Below are positions 1-12,192 of a stretch of 64,000 nucleotides of DNA, one piece after another. Made by a program: the position numbers and the translations under genes. Under the pieces are notes generated by a model. The model was not told where the DNA came from. It was given only the letters and a program-made list of their open reading frames with translations, and did no database searches. The DNA is from Bispira polyomma (Eukaryota). How positions within the stretch are numbered: position 1 is the stretch's first letter; every line of letters begins with the position of its first letter. Where the stretch lies: positions 51,026,001-51,090,000 of the forward strand of contig OZ287749.1 of NCBI GenBank assembly GCA_965649765.1, read 5' to 3'.

Positions 1-300
1 ATTAATGTATGGTAATATAAAAATACAAAGGTGAAATATTCATCGGAGGTAAAATAATTTTTCTCTGTTCAAGTTCTCTGTTCTCTCCACTCCTTAAAAC
101 TTTTAGTAGAACTTTGTTTCAAAGGGAAACATAAATGTTAATTGCATGAAAAACATGCTAAAAAGTTGTTATCTTTCTTTGCTCATCATAAAAGATATTT
201 TACTTTTGACAATGAAAATTTCACCTGAAAGAGATTTAAAAAAAGAATCTATCGCTATATGATATATTATATAATAAATGTTTCTCTCTTCTTTTGGTAG

Positions 301-365
301 ATGATGTGAAGTTTTTAACAAGACCACCTCATAAAGATGAAGAAGCAACTGATGGTGACAATTAA
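301..365 (+). CDS. Probable terminal coding exon of an unidentified upstream gene (xDVKFLTRPPHKDEEATDGDN*)
   Basis: Strong polypyrimidine acceptor tttctctcttcttttggtag ends at 300; open purine-rich frame (phase 1) to TAA at 363-365; AATAAA at 413-418. Upstream exons lie outside the window, so frame and identity are unconfirmed. Confidence 0.55.
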
Positions 366-1933
366 ATCAGAAAATTATGTAGAACACTCACAGACAAGAT
401 TACATTCTTTTAAATAAAAATGTTCTGTTGTAATGTTCGTTGTTCGTAGAAAATGGCAGTATAGATCTAAAAATATTATCTCAAGTATGTACAAGTTTTG
501 TAATTTCATCAGCTGGCATCAGTAAATCTCAAATGATTGCAGTTTTATACGAATTACTTTAGATATGACCTGTTTCAACAAGTTATTTTGTTATTTAGTT
601 GAACTATGTTACTATAAAGTTCAGTAGGTTTTTCATACATGTGTATATAAACTAACATCTGCTTTCTGTAACAATTTTAGTAAATATGTAAAATGCAATA
701 CAGTTCTTATACTTTAATTGTATTAGCTTAGAAAAAATATAGTAGTTTAACTAAAGTTAAGGATGTTTTACCAATAACCTTTTTATACATCTATTGTTAA
801 TCAAATATTAACTGAAAGTTAAGTGTGTACGTTTAATTGTTATGGTTTTTTTATAAACACTATATAGCTGTATATGCCTTAGTCTTTCAATGTTGGATTA
901 ATTACACTATACAAACCAACTCAGTAAAAGACTTTATGTTTGGTTTTGCAACAGTGAACAGGTATAAAAGTCTGGATATGAAGGCAATCTCATGAGGTTG
1001 ATACTAATTTACAGCCTAAAAATCGCCCAATATATCATATGGTAGTGCATGAGGTACTCTGTAATTGTATTTATTTCATACAAAAAGTAGAAGGAACTGT
1101 GTCTATTTTGTTATATATTGAACCACACAGTGTAAGATAAAAATAAAACTCCGCTATATGGAAGAATTTTATTAAGTACTAATATACCATAGTTATAAAC
1201 AATTTTAAAAATCTCATTTTGGCGATTTTCCATGTACATTTTAAACTGCTGTAATTTCCTTAATATGTAAGAGATTTTCCAATTTTAACTGCTATTTGAA
1301 TCGAAACGAAGTCAATATATGTCTTTAACTATAGAGCTGGTTAGCCAAGCACTGGCTGTCCTTCTCACACATTTGTGTCATTGGGTTATTTTCTATGTCT
1401 TATTTTCTTTGAATAAACAAGCTAGATGTTTAATGGATGTTAGCACTGCAATAATTTTTGCCTAGAAGCTGCCTGTGCCAAAGCCTTGGAGGAGGAGAGG
1501 AAACCCTCACTTGTTTGTGACATCATGAAAATGTATACTGTGCCATTTACTTACCAAGGCCATGTCATTAACACATACTAATGACATTGTGATGTGTAAC
1601 AGTAGCAGAAGTCAAAAGTGGCCAGAATCATTGTTTCTGAAACCCAAGCTTTCGATCAATACCCAAAACAGTGACCTACTGCACTCCAAACCATTTAGAC
1701 ACACTTTTATATGGATATTATAGATCATTTATACTATATGTATGTTTTTCTTATTATTTCATAGCTAGATTTTGATACATAAAAAAAAAAGGAAAATTGC
1801 CCCTTCTTAAAGAAATTCCCAAGATCACAGCCCATATAAGTCATTCTCACTCGGTGGTGCTTGAATACTATCGGTCATTAATATTACACGGACATAGTGC
1901 ACTAAACTTCATGGCATGTATAATTCAAGTTGC

Positions 1934-2060
1934 AATGTTACAATATCTAAACTCTCTTTCAATGTATTTGTAATTCTATCAAAAATAAACTACAGTCGTA
2001 ATGTTACAATATCTAAACTATCTTTCAATGTATTTCTAATTCTATCAAAAATAAACTACA
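1934..2060. repeat. Two-copy tandem duplication, 66-bp period
   Basis: aatgttacaatatctaaact...tctatcaaaaataaactaca starts at 1934 and again at 2000 with few mismatches. Confidence 0.9.
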
Positions 2061-2198
2061 ACAAGATAATGTATTTTGATGAAGTTTGTCTTATCCTCAC
2101 TTGTACACAATATCCACTTCTAAGAGGACCCCATTCTATTTTTAAATTATGGAAAGCTTGCAATAACCCTGACTATTGTATAATATTCATGGCAAAGG

Positions 2199-2315
2199 AA
2201 AGTGATCTAAAGGTCCAAGTGTTTGAGTCCCTTATTGGGCGAAAACTTTTACACTGATCGCTGACAGCTCTAAATAATACATTATCAACTGCAAAGACAT
2301 TGGAACTGTTGAAAT
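2199..2315 (+). pseudogene. Degenerate 3' half of tRNA-Lys plus downstream array spacer (orphan relic of the array)
   Basis: aaagtgatctaaaggtccaagtgtttgagtcccttattgggcgaaaacttttacactgat...caactgcaaagacattggaactgttg aligns to the intron end, 3' exon, terminator and spacer of the array monomer. Confidence 0.85.
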
Positions 2316-2419
2316 CTTCATTATTTCAATGGCAGACATGCTTACCTCTATAAAACTAAGAATTGCAGGAAGGATAAATAAGACAGCAAATGTAATTCTG
2401 GCTAGGTGAAGCAATGTAA

Positions 2420-3422
2420 TTGTATCCACCGATCCGGAGATCGGTGGATACTTTGGTTTAGCGTTGGCTATGCCACTGCCGCCGCCACAGAGAGATTTTC
2501 ACCGATTGTTGTTTCCGAAAAACAAGATGTCCGCTATGGGCATTTCTTTGAAAATTATCTACCTTTTTCTACTGGCTGGTTCTCATAACTAGAAGGTTGA
2601 ATCTCTTCATAGGTAATATGTATAACAGATATATATGTCCTCTACAAGCATGCAGACATTTGAACTTAAAGCTTTTGATTCAAGGTCATTCACGGAGTGC
2701 CAAAGTACCCCATCTAGCAGACTTTAAAAGTGCCTATATCTCCCTTAATTTTGGTCCTAGAGGTTTGGCATGTGAAACCAAGCTATAGGAAATCATGGGT
2801 TGGGAAGAATCTCCTGATGTGGTCAGGTTTGACATTGGGCCCCTCCTTCAAGGTCAAACGAGGATAACCAAACTTAAAAGTGCTTATAACTCGCTTATTA
2901 TTGGTTCTAAAGGTTTGCAATGTGCAACCAACTTATAGGTAATCATGGGCTAGGACTCTTATGATGTGGTCAGATTTGACCTTGGTCCCCTCTTTCAAGG
3001 TCAGACAAGGGTAGTTAAACTTAAAACTGCTTATAACTCTCTTATTATTGGTCTTACAGTTTTGAAATGTAAAACAAACCTATAGAAAATTATGGGCTGG
3101 GAGTCTTCTGATGTGGTCAGGTTTGACCTCGGGCCCCTCCTTTAAGGTCAAACGAGGATAGCTAAACTTAAAATGCTTATAACTCGCTTATTATTGGTCC
3201 TACCGTTTTGAGATGTGAAACCAACCTATAGGAAATCATGGGCTAGGACTCTTATGATGTAGTCAGATTTGACCTTGGGCCCCTCCTTCAAGGTCAGACG
3301 AGAGGAAATTGTAGGCTTCAAGCTTGGGTGCTAGCTAGAGTGCTTGCTACTGTGGGTGCTTTGTCTATTTGGTGGATACAAATATGCAGCGGTTCTCCGA
3401 TGCGGTAGGTCTGGTTATGTTT
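2420..3422 (+). mobile_element. Non-autonomous Helentron-type element (HINE; pearl/DTC84-like architecture)
   Basis: 5' subTIR TTGTATCCACC (2420-2430) within a perfect 13-bp hairpin gtatccaccgatc-cgga-gatcggtggatac (2422-2451); short GCC-type microsatellite near 2472-2487; internal tandem repeats; 3' subTIR GGTGGATACAA (3371-3381); 3' palindrome gcagcgg-ttct-ccgatgc (3386-3403); T-rich end. Confidence 0.8.
2683..3302 (+). repeat. About 4 copies of a ~147-bp tandem repeat (core of the HINE)
   Basis: Anchor aggtca at 2683, 2851, 2998, 3145 and 3291; each unit carries a tgac(c)ttg...caaggtca palindrome. Confidence 0.9.
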
Positions 3423-3784
3423 GGATTATTATTATTGTTTTGTCGGACTCTTTTCAAAAGTTGTGTCATAAATTCACATTGAGGTTTGAGTCTGCTATAT
3501 CTTCAAATTTGCCTGAAATTACGTCAGTTAGAACTTTAAACTTTGCTGACTACAGTGGATCTTTTTGCAATATTGACTATAATTTTTGGCAATTCCAAAT
3601 CGCACAAAATAATGCCAAAGATTATGTTTTGCAATTCCAAATATCCAAATATATTTAGGTACAATCATCAAGTGCGAATATAACACTGTATTTTAGGAAA
3701 AACTTTGGTGTGTATCAACACATACAAAAGTAGTTACTCCAGATGTTACATCTCAAATAATGCCCTAGATGTTTTGTGTTCTAA

Positions 3785-4859
3785 GCTCGGTTAGCTCAGT
3801 CGGTAGAGCATCAGACTTTTGAGAAAATGAGCTTTAAGTGATCTCAGGATCAAAGGTTTGAGTCCCTTATAGGGCGAAAGCTTTTACACTGATTGATGTC
3901 AGCCCTATTTAACACACAATCTACTACAAAGACATTGGAACTGTTGTTGTGTCATGAATTCATGTTGAGATATCAGTCAGTTTTCTCCATTCCAGCCATC
4001 TTGAAGCAGATAGCAAAATCTCTTTACTTTAGTTTAAACTTTGCTGACTACAGTGGATCTTTTGCAATTCCAAATATCCAAATATATTTAGGTACAATCA
4101 TCAAGTGTGAATGTAACACTGTATTTTAGCAAATGCATTGGTGGGTATCAACACATGCAAAAGTAGTTACTCCAGACAGTGGCCTGTGAAGTGTGAATAT
4201 AACACTGTATTTTAGCAAACACATTGGTGGGCATCAACACATACAAAAGTAGTTACTTTAGATGTTACATCTCAAATAATGCCAAAGATGATATGTGTTC
4301 TAAGCCTGCTTAGCTCAGTTGGTAGAGCATTAGACTTTTTTAAGACAATGGCCTGGCAGTGATTGGAAGGTCAAGGGTTCATGTCCCTTATAGGGCGAAA
4401 GCTTTTACACTGATTGATGTCAGCCCTATTTAACACACAATCAACTACAAAGACATTGGACCTGTTGTTGTGTCATGAATTCATGTTGAGATATCAGTCA
4501 ATTTTCATCATTCTAGTCATCTTGAACGAGATAGCAAAATCTCTTTACTTTAGTTTAAACTTTGCTGACTAAAGTGGATCTTTTGCAATATTGACTATAA
4601 TTTTTTGCAATTCCAAATATCCACATATATTTATATTAAGGTACAATCATCAAGTGTGAATGTGACACTGTAATTTAGCAAACGCATTGGTGGGCATCAA
4701 CACATGCAAAAGTAGTCACTGCAGATGTTACATCTCAAATAATGCCAAAGATTGTTTGTGTTCTAAGCTGGGCTAGCTCAGTCGGTAGAGCATCAGCCCT
4801 TTTAAGACAATGGCCTTGAAGTGATCTGAGGGTCAAGGTTTCGAGTCTTGTTTTGTGCG
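3785..4859 (+). pseudogene. Three degenerate tRNA-Lys pseudogenes at the left array edge (3785-3876, 4304-4397, 4767-4859)
   Basis: Recognisable A box, anticodon arm, intron and B box, with multiple stem-breaking substitutions and indels. Confidence 0.85.
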
Positions 4860-6065
4860 ACACGTTTTACACTGATTGATAACAGCCCTACTCGACACAT
4901 AATCAACTACAACGACATTTAAAGTGTTGTTGTGTCATAAATTCATTTAGAGATATCAGTCAGTTTTATCCATTCCAGCCATCATTGAAGAGATAGCAAA
5001 GTCTCTTTACTTTAATTGAAACTTTGCTGACTACAGTGGATCTTTTTGCAATATTGACTACAATTTTTTGCAAATTCCAAATATCCAAATATATTTAGGT
5101 ACAGCCCTACTTAACACATAATCAGCTGCAAAGACATTGGAACTGTTGGAGCTGTGTCATCAATTCATGATAAGATATTAGTCACTTTTCTCCATTACAG
5201 CCATCTTTGAAGAGATACCAAAGTCTCTTTAGTTTTGTTGAAACTTTCCTGACTACAGTGGATCTTTTTGCAATATTCACTATCATTCAGCCATCATTGA
5301 AGAGATAGCAAAGTCTCTTTACTTTAATTGAAACTTTGCTGACTACAGTGGATCTTTTTGCAATATTGACTACAATTTTTTGCAAATTCCAAATATCCAA
5401 ATATATTTAGGTACAGGTTTTTGCAATATTGGAACTGTTGGAGCTGTGTCATCAATTCATGATAAGATATTAGTCACTTTTCTCCATTACAGCCATCTTT
5501 GAAGAGATACCAAAGTCTCTTTAGTTTTGTTGAAACTTTCCTGACTACAGTGGATCTTTTTGCAATATTCACTATAATTTTTCGCAATTCCATATCACAC
5601 AAAAGAATGCTCTAGATGTTTTGAGTTCAAAGCCCGGTTAGCTCTGTCGGTAGAGCATCAGACTTTTAAGACAATAACCTTGAAGTGATCTGAGGGTCAA
5701 GGGTTCGAGTCCCTTATTGGGCGAAAGATTTTACACTGATTGATGACAGCCCTACCCAACACACAATCAGCTGCAAAGACATTGCAACTGTTGTTGTTGT
5801 GTCATAAATTCATGTTAAGATATCAGTCACTATTCTCCATTACAGCCATCTTTAAAGAGATACCAAAGTCTCTCGTTTTGTTGAAACTTTGCTGACTACA
5901 GTGGATCTTTTGCAATTCCAAATATCCAAATATATTTAGGTACAATCATCAAGTGTGAATATAACACTGTATTTTAGGAAACATATCAGTGGGCATCAAC
6001 ACATACAAAAGTAGTTACTCCAGATGTCACATCTCAAATAATTCCCTAGAAGATTTCTCTTATAA

Positions 6066-6157
6066 GCCTGGTTAGCTCAGTTGGTAGACCATCAGACTTT
6101 TAAGACAATTGCCTTGAAGTGATCTGAAGGTCAAGGGTTTGAGTCCCCTTTTGGGTG
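6066..6157 (+). pseudogene. B2-class tRNA-Lys pseudogene (representative; others start at 12533, 14068, 15146, 26832, 29003, 31174, 32252, 34423, 36594, 37672, 40262, 45457, 46969)
   Basis: G24C breaks the D stem, C56T hits the B box, T64C and A66T break T-stem and acceptor-stem pairs; also C4T, C17T and C72T. Confidence 0.85.
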
Positions 6158-6425
6158 AAAGCTTTTACAATTATTGATGTCAGCCCCACTTAACACACAA
6201 TCAACAACAAAGACATTGGAACTGTTGTTGTGTCATGAATTCATGTTGAGATATCAGTCAATTATCTCCATTCCAGCCATCTGTAAGGAGGATACAGTGG
6301 ATCTTTTTGCAATATTGACTACAATTTTTTGCAATTCCAAATATCCAAATATATTTAGGTACAATCATCAAGTGTGAATGTAACACCGTATTTTAGCAAA
6401 TGCTTTGGTGGGTATCAAAACATTT

Positions 6426-6448
6426 GGGTTCGAGTCCCTTATTGGATG
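6426..6448 (+). pseudogene. C-class fragment: isolated tRNA 3' end with intact B box (representative of about 41 copies)
   Basis: gggttcgagtcccttattggatg corresponds to tRNA positions 51-73, fused directly to spacer ...gtatcaaaacattt; no 5' exon or intron. Confidence 0.9.
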
Positions 6449-7143
6449 AAAGGTTTCACAATTATTGATGACAGCCCTACTTAACACATAATCAGCTGCA
6501 AAGACATTGGAAACTGTTTGAGCTGTGTCATCAATTCATGATGAGATATTAGTCACTTTTCTCCATTACAGCCATCTTTGAAGAGATACCAAAGTCTCTT
6601 TAGTTTTGTTGAAACTTTCCTGACTACAGTGGATCTTTTTGCAATATTCACTATAATTTTTCGCAATTCCATATCACACAAAAGAATGCTCTAGATGTTT
6701 TGTCTTCAAAGCCCGGTTAGCTCAGTCGATAGAGCATCAGACTTTTAAGACAATAACCTTGAAGTGATCTGAGGGTCAAGGGTTCGAGTCCCTTATTGGG
6801 CGAAAGCTTTTACACTGATTGATGACAGCCCTACCTAACACATAATCAGCTGCAAAGACATTGCAACTGTTGTTGTTGTGTCATAAATTCATGTTAAGAT
6901 ATCAGTCGCTATTCTCCATTACAGCCATCTTTAAAGAGATACCAAAGTCTCTTGTTTTGTTGAAACTTTGCTGACTACAGTGGATCTTTTGCAATTCCAA
7001 ATATCCAAATATATTTAGGTACAATCATCAAGTGTGAATATAACACTGTATTTTAGCAAACACATCAGTGGGCATCAACACATACAAAGTCGTTACTCCA
7101 GATGTCACATCTCAAATAATGCCCTAGATGATTTTGCTTATAA

Positions 7144-7235
7144 GCCCGGTTAGCTCAGTCGGTAGAGCATCAGACTTTTAAGACAATTGCCTTGAAGTGA
7201 TATGAAGGTCAAGGGTTCGAGTCCCCTTTTGGGTG
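7144..7235 (+). pseudogene. B1-class tRNA-Lys probable pseudogene (representative; others start at 8223, 9300, 10377, 11456, 12989, 15602, 16681, 17760, 19499, 21234, 22973)
   Basis: A and B boxes retained, but C40A breaks the anticodon stem and ccccttttgggtg or cccgttttgggtg disrupts the T and acceptor stems and creates an internal T4 run. Confidence 0.8.
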
Positions 7236-10200
7236 AAAGCTTTTACAATTATTGATGTCAGCCCCACTTAACACACAATCAACAACAAAGACATTGGAAC
7301 TGTTGTTGTGTCATGAATTCATGTTGAGATATCAGTCAATTATTTCCATTCCAGCCATCTGTAAGGAGGATACAGTGGATCTTTTTGCAATATTGACTAC
7401 AATTTTTTGCAATTCCAAATATCCAAATATATTTAGGTACAATCATCAAGTGTGAATGTAACACCGTATTTTAGCAAATGCTTTGGTGGGTATCAAAACA
7501 TTTGGGTTCGAGTCCCTTATTGGATGAAAGGTTTCACAATTATTGATGACAGCCCTACTTAACACATAATCAGCTGCAAAGACATTGGAAACTGTTTGAG
7601 CTGTGTCATCAATTCATGATAAGATATTAGTCACTTTTCTCCATTACAGCCATCTTTGAAGAGATACCAAAGTCTCTTTAGTTTTGTTGAAACTTTCCTG
7701 ACTACAGTGGATCTTTTTGCCATATTCACTATAATTTTTCGCAATTCCATAACACACAAAAGAATGCTCTAGATGTTTTGTGTTCAAAGCCCGGTTAGCT
7801 CAGTCAATAGAGCATCAGACTTTTAAGACAATAACCTTGAAGTGATCTGAGGGTCAAGGGTTCGAGTCCCTTATTGGGAGAAAGCTTTTACACTGATTGA
7901 TGACAGCCCTACCTAACACATAATCAGCTGCAAAGACATTGCAACTGTTGTTGTTGTGTCATAAATTCATGTTAAGATATCAGTCGCTATTCTCCATTAC
8001 AGCCATCTTTAAAGAGATACCAAAGTCTCTTGTTTTGTTGAAACTTTGCTGACTACAGTGGATCTTTTGCAATTCCAAATATCCAAATATATTTAGGTAC
8101 AATCATCAAGTGTGAATATAACACTGTATTTTAGCAAACACATCAGTGGGCATCAACACATACAAAAGTCGTTACTCCAGATGTTACATCTCAAATAATG
8201 CCCTAGATGATTTTGCTTATAAGCCGGGTTAGCTCAGTCGGTAGAGCATCAGACTTTTAAGACAATTGCCTTGAAGTGATATGAAGGTCAAGGGTTCGAG
8301 TCCCCTTTTGGGTGAAAGCTTTTACAATTATTGATGTCAGCCCCACTTAACACACAATCAACAACAAAGACATTGGAACTGTTGTTGTGTCATGAATTCA
8401 TGTTGAGATATCAGTCAATTATTTCCATTCCAGCCATCTGTAAGGAGGATACAGTGGATCTTTTTGCAATATTGACTACAATTTTTTGCAATTCCAAATA
8501 TCCAAATATATTTAGGTACAATCATCAAGTGTGAATGTAACACCGTATTTTAGCAAATGCTTTGGTGGGTATCAAAACATTTGGGTTCGAGTCCCTTATT
8601 GGATGAAAGGTTTCACAATTATTGATGACAGCCCTACTTAACACATAATCAGCTGCAAAGACATTGGAAACTGTTTGAGCTGTGTCATCAATTCATGATA
8701 AGATATTAGTCACTTTTCTCCATTACAGCCATCTTTGAAGAGATACCAAAGTCTCTTTAGTTTTGTTGAAACTTTCCTGACTACAGTGGATCTTTTTGCC
8801 ATATTCACTATAATTTTTCGCAATTCCATAACACACAAAAGAATGCTCTAGATGTTTTGTGTTCAAAGCCAGGTTAGCTCAGTCGGTAGAGCATCAGACT
8901 TTTAAGACAATAACCTTGAAGTGATCTGAGGGTCAAGGGTTCGAGTCCCTTATTGGGCGAAAGCTTTTACACTGATTGATGAGCCCTACCTAACACATAA
9001 TCAGCTGCAAAGACATTGCAACTGTTGTTGTTGTGTCATAAATTCATGTTAAGATATCAGTCGCTATTCTCCATTACAGCCATCTTTAAAGAGATACCAA
9101 AGTCTCTTGTTTTGTTGAAACTTTGCTGACTACAGTGGATCTTTTGCAATTCCAAATATCCAAATATATTTAGGTACAATCATCAAGTGTGAATATAACA
9201 CTGTATTTTAGCAAACACATCAGTGGGCATCAACACATACAAAAGTCGTTACTCCAGATGTTACATCTCAAATAATGCCCTAGATGATTTTGCTTATAAG
9301 CCGGGTTAGCTCAGTCGGTAGAGCATCAGACTTTTAAGACAATTGCCTTGAAGTGATATGAAGGTCAAGGGTTCGAGTCCCCTTTTGGGTGAAAGCTTTT
9401 ACAATTATTGATGTCAGCCCCACTTAACACACAATCAACAACAAAGACATTGGAACTGTTGTTGTGTCATGAATTCATGTTGAGATATCAGTCAATTATT
9501 TCCATTCCAGCCATCTGTAAGGAGGATACAGTGGATCTTTTTGCAATATTGACTACAATTTTTTGCAATTCCAAATATCCAAATATATTTAGGTACAATC
9601 ATCAAGTGTGAATGTAACACCGTATTTTAGCAAATGCTTTGGTGGGTATCAAAACATTTGGGTTCGAGTCCCTTATTGGATGAAAGGTTTCACAATTATT
9701 GATGACAGCCCTACTTAACACATAATCAGCTGCAAAGACATTGGAAACTGTTTGAGCTGTGTCATCAATTCATGATAAGATATTAGTCACTTTTCTCCAT
9801 TACAGCCATCTTTGAAGAGATACCAAAGTCTCTTTAGTTTTGTTGAAACTTTCCTGACTACAGTGGATCTTTTTGCCATATTCACTATAATTTTTCGCAA
9901 TTCCATAACACACAAAAGAATGCTCTAGATGTTTTGTGTTCAAAGCCAGGTTAGCTCAGTCGATAGAGCATCAGACTTTTAAGACAATAACCTTGAAGTG
10001 ATCTGAGGGTCAAGGGTTCGAGTCCCTTATTGGGCGAAAGCTTTTACACTGATTGATGAGCCCTACCTAACACATAATCAGCTGCAAAGACATTGCAACT
10101 GTTGTTGTTGTGTCATAAATTCATGTTAAGATATCAGTCGCTATTCTCCATTACAGCCATCTTTAAAGAGATACCAAAGTCTCTTGTTTTGTTGAAACTT

Positions 10201-12100
10201 TGCTGACTACAGTGGATCTTTTGCAATTCCAAATATCCAAATATATTTAGGTACAATCATCAAGTGTGAATATAACACTGTATTTTAGCAAACACATCAG
10301 TGGGCATCAACACATACAAAAGTCGTTACTCCAGATGTTACATCTCAAATAATGCCCTAGATGATTTTGCTTATAAGCCGGGTTAGCTCAGTCGGTAGAG
10401 CATCAGACTTTTAAGACAATTGCCTTGAAGTGATATGAAGGTCAAGGGTTCGAGTCCCCTTTTGGGTGAAAGCTTTTACAATTATTGATGTCAGCCCCAC
10501 TTAACACACAATCAACAACAAAGACATTGGAACTGTTGTTGTGTCATGAATTCATGTTGAGATATCAGTCAATTATTTCCATTCCAGCCATCTGTAAGGA
10601 GGATACAGTGGATCTTTTTGCAATATTGACTACAATTTTTTGCAATTCCAAATATCCAAATATATTTAGGTACAATCATCAAGTGTGAATGTAACACCGT
10701 ATTTTAGCAAATGCTTTGGTGGGTATCAAAACATTTGGGTTCGAGTCCCTTATTGGATGAAAGGTTTCACAATTATTGATGACAGCCCTACTTAACACAT
10801 AATCAGCTGCAAAGACATTGGAAACTGTTTGAGCTGTGTCATCAATTCATGATAAGATATTAGTCACTTTTCTCCATTACAGCCATCTTTGAAGAGATAC
10901 CAAAGTCTCTTTAGTTTTGTTGAAACTTTCCTGACTACAGTGGATCTTTTTGCCATATTCACTATAATTTTTCGCAATTCCATAACACACAAAAGAATGC
11001 TCTAGATGTTTTGTGTTCAAAGCCTGGTTAGCTCAGTCGATAGAGCATCAGACTTTTAAGACAATAACCTTGAAGTGATCTGAGGGTCAAGGGTTCGAGT
11101 CCCTTATTGGGAGAAAGTTTTTACACTGATTGATGACAGCCCTACCTAACACATAATCAGCTGCAAAGACATTGCAACTGTTGTTGTTGTGTCATAAATT
11201 CATGTTAAGATATCAGTCGCTATTCTCCATTACAGCCATCTTTAAAGAGATACCAAAGTCTCTTGTTTTGTTGAAACTTTGCTGACTACAGTGGATCTTT
11301 TGCAATTCCAAATATCCAAATATATTTAGGTACAATCATCAAGTGTGAATATAACACTGTATTTTAGCAAACACATCAGTGGGCATCAACACATACAAAA
11401 GTCGTTACTCCAGATGTTACATCTCAAATAATGCCCTAGATGATTTTGCTTATAAGCCGGGTTAGCTCAGTCGGTAGAGCATCAGACTTTTAAGACAATT
11501 GCCTTGAAGTGATATGAAGGTCAAGGGTTCGAGTCCCCTTTTGGGTGAAAGCTTTTACAATTATTGATGTCAGCCCCACTTAACACACAATCAACAACAA
11601 AGACATTGGAACTGTTGTTGTGTCATGAATTCATGTTGAGATATCAGTCAATTATCTCCATTCCAGCCATCTGTAAGGAGGATACAGTGGATCTTTTTGC
11701 AATATTGACTACAATTTTTTGCAATTCCAAATATCCAAATATATTTAGGTACAATCATCAAGTGTGAATGTAACACCGTATTTTAGCAAATGCTTTGGTG
11801 GGTATCAAAACATTTGGGTTCGAGTCCCTTATTGGATGAAAGGTTTCACAATTATTGATGACAGCCCTACTTAACACATAATCAGCTGCAAAGACATTGG
11901 AAACTGTTTGAGCTGTGTCATCAATTCATGATAAGATATTAGTCACTTTTCTCCATTACAGCCATCTTTGAAGAGATACCAAAGTCTCTTTAGTTTTGTT
12001 GAAACTTTCCTGACTACAGTGGATCTTTTTGCAATATTCACTATAATTTTTCGCAATTCCATATCACACAAAAGAATGCTCTAGATGTTTTGTGTTCAAA

Positions 12101-12192
12101 GCCTGGTTAGCTCAGTCGGTAGAGCATCAGACTTTTAAGACAATAACCTTGAAGTGATCTGAGGGTCAAGGGTTCGAGTCCCTTATTGGGCG
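12101..12192 (+). tRNA. trnK-UUU: tRNA-Lys(UUU), 19-nt intron, T4 variant
   Basis: Consensus gene except C4T (extra G:U pair in acceptor stem); intact A and B boxes and T4 terminator. Confidence 0.7.

Noticed and set aside
1006-1257. Possible MITE from inverted matches (aaaatcgcccaa/ttggcgatttt; tttacagc/gctgtaa)
   Set aside because: Matches are short, imperfect and unevenly spaced; no target-site duplication.
1916-2257. 113-aa ORF with an internal repeat
   Set aside because: Produced by the 66-bp duplication running into the tRNA relic; no coding features.
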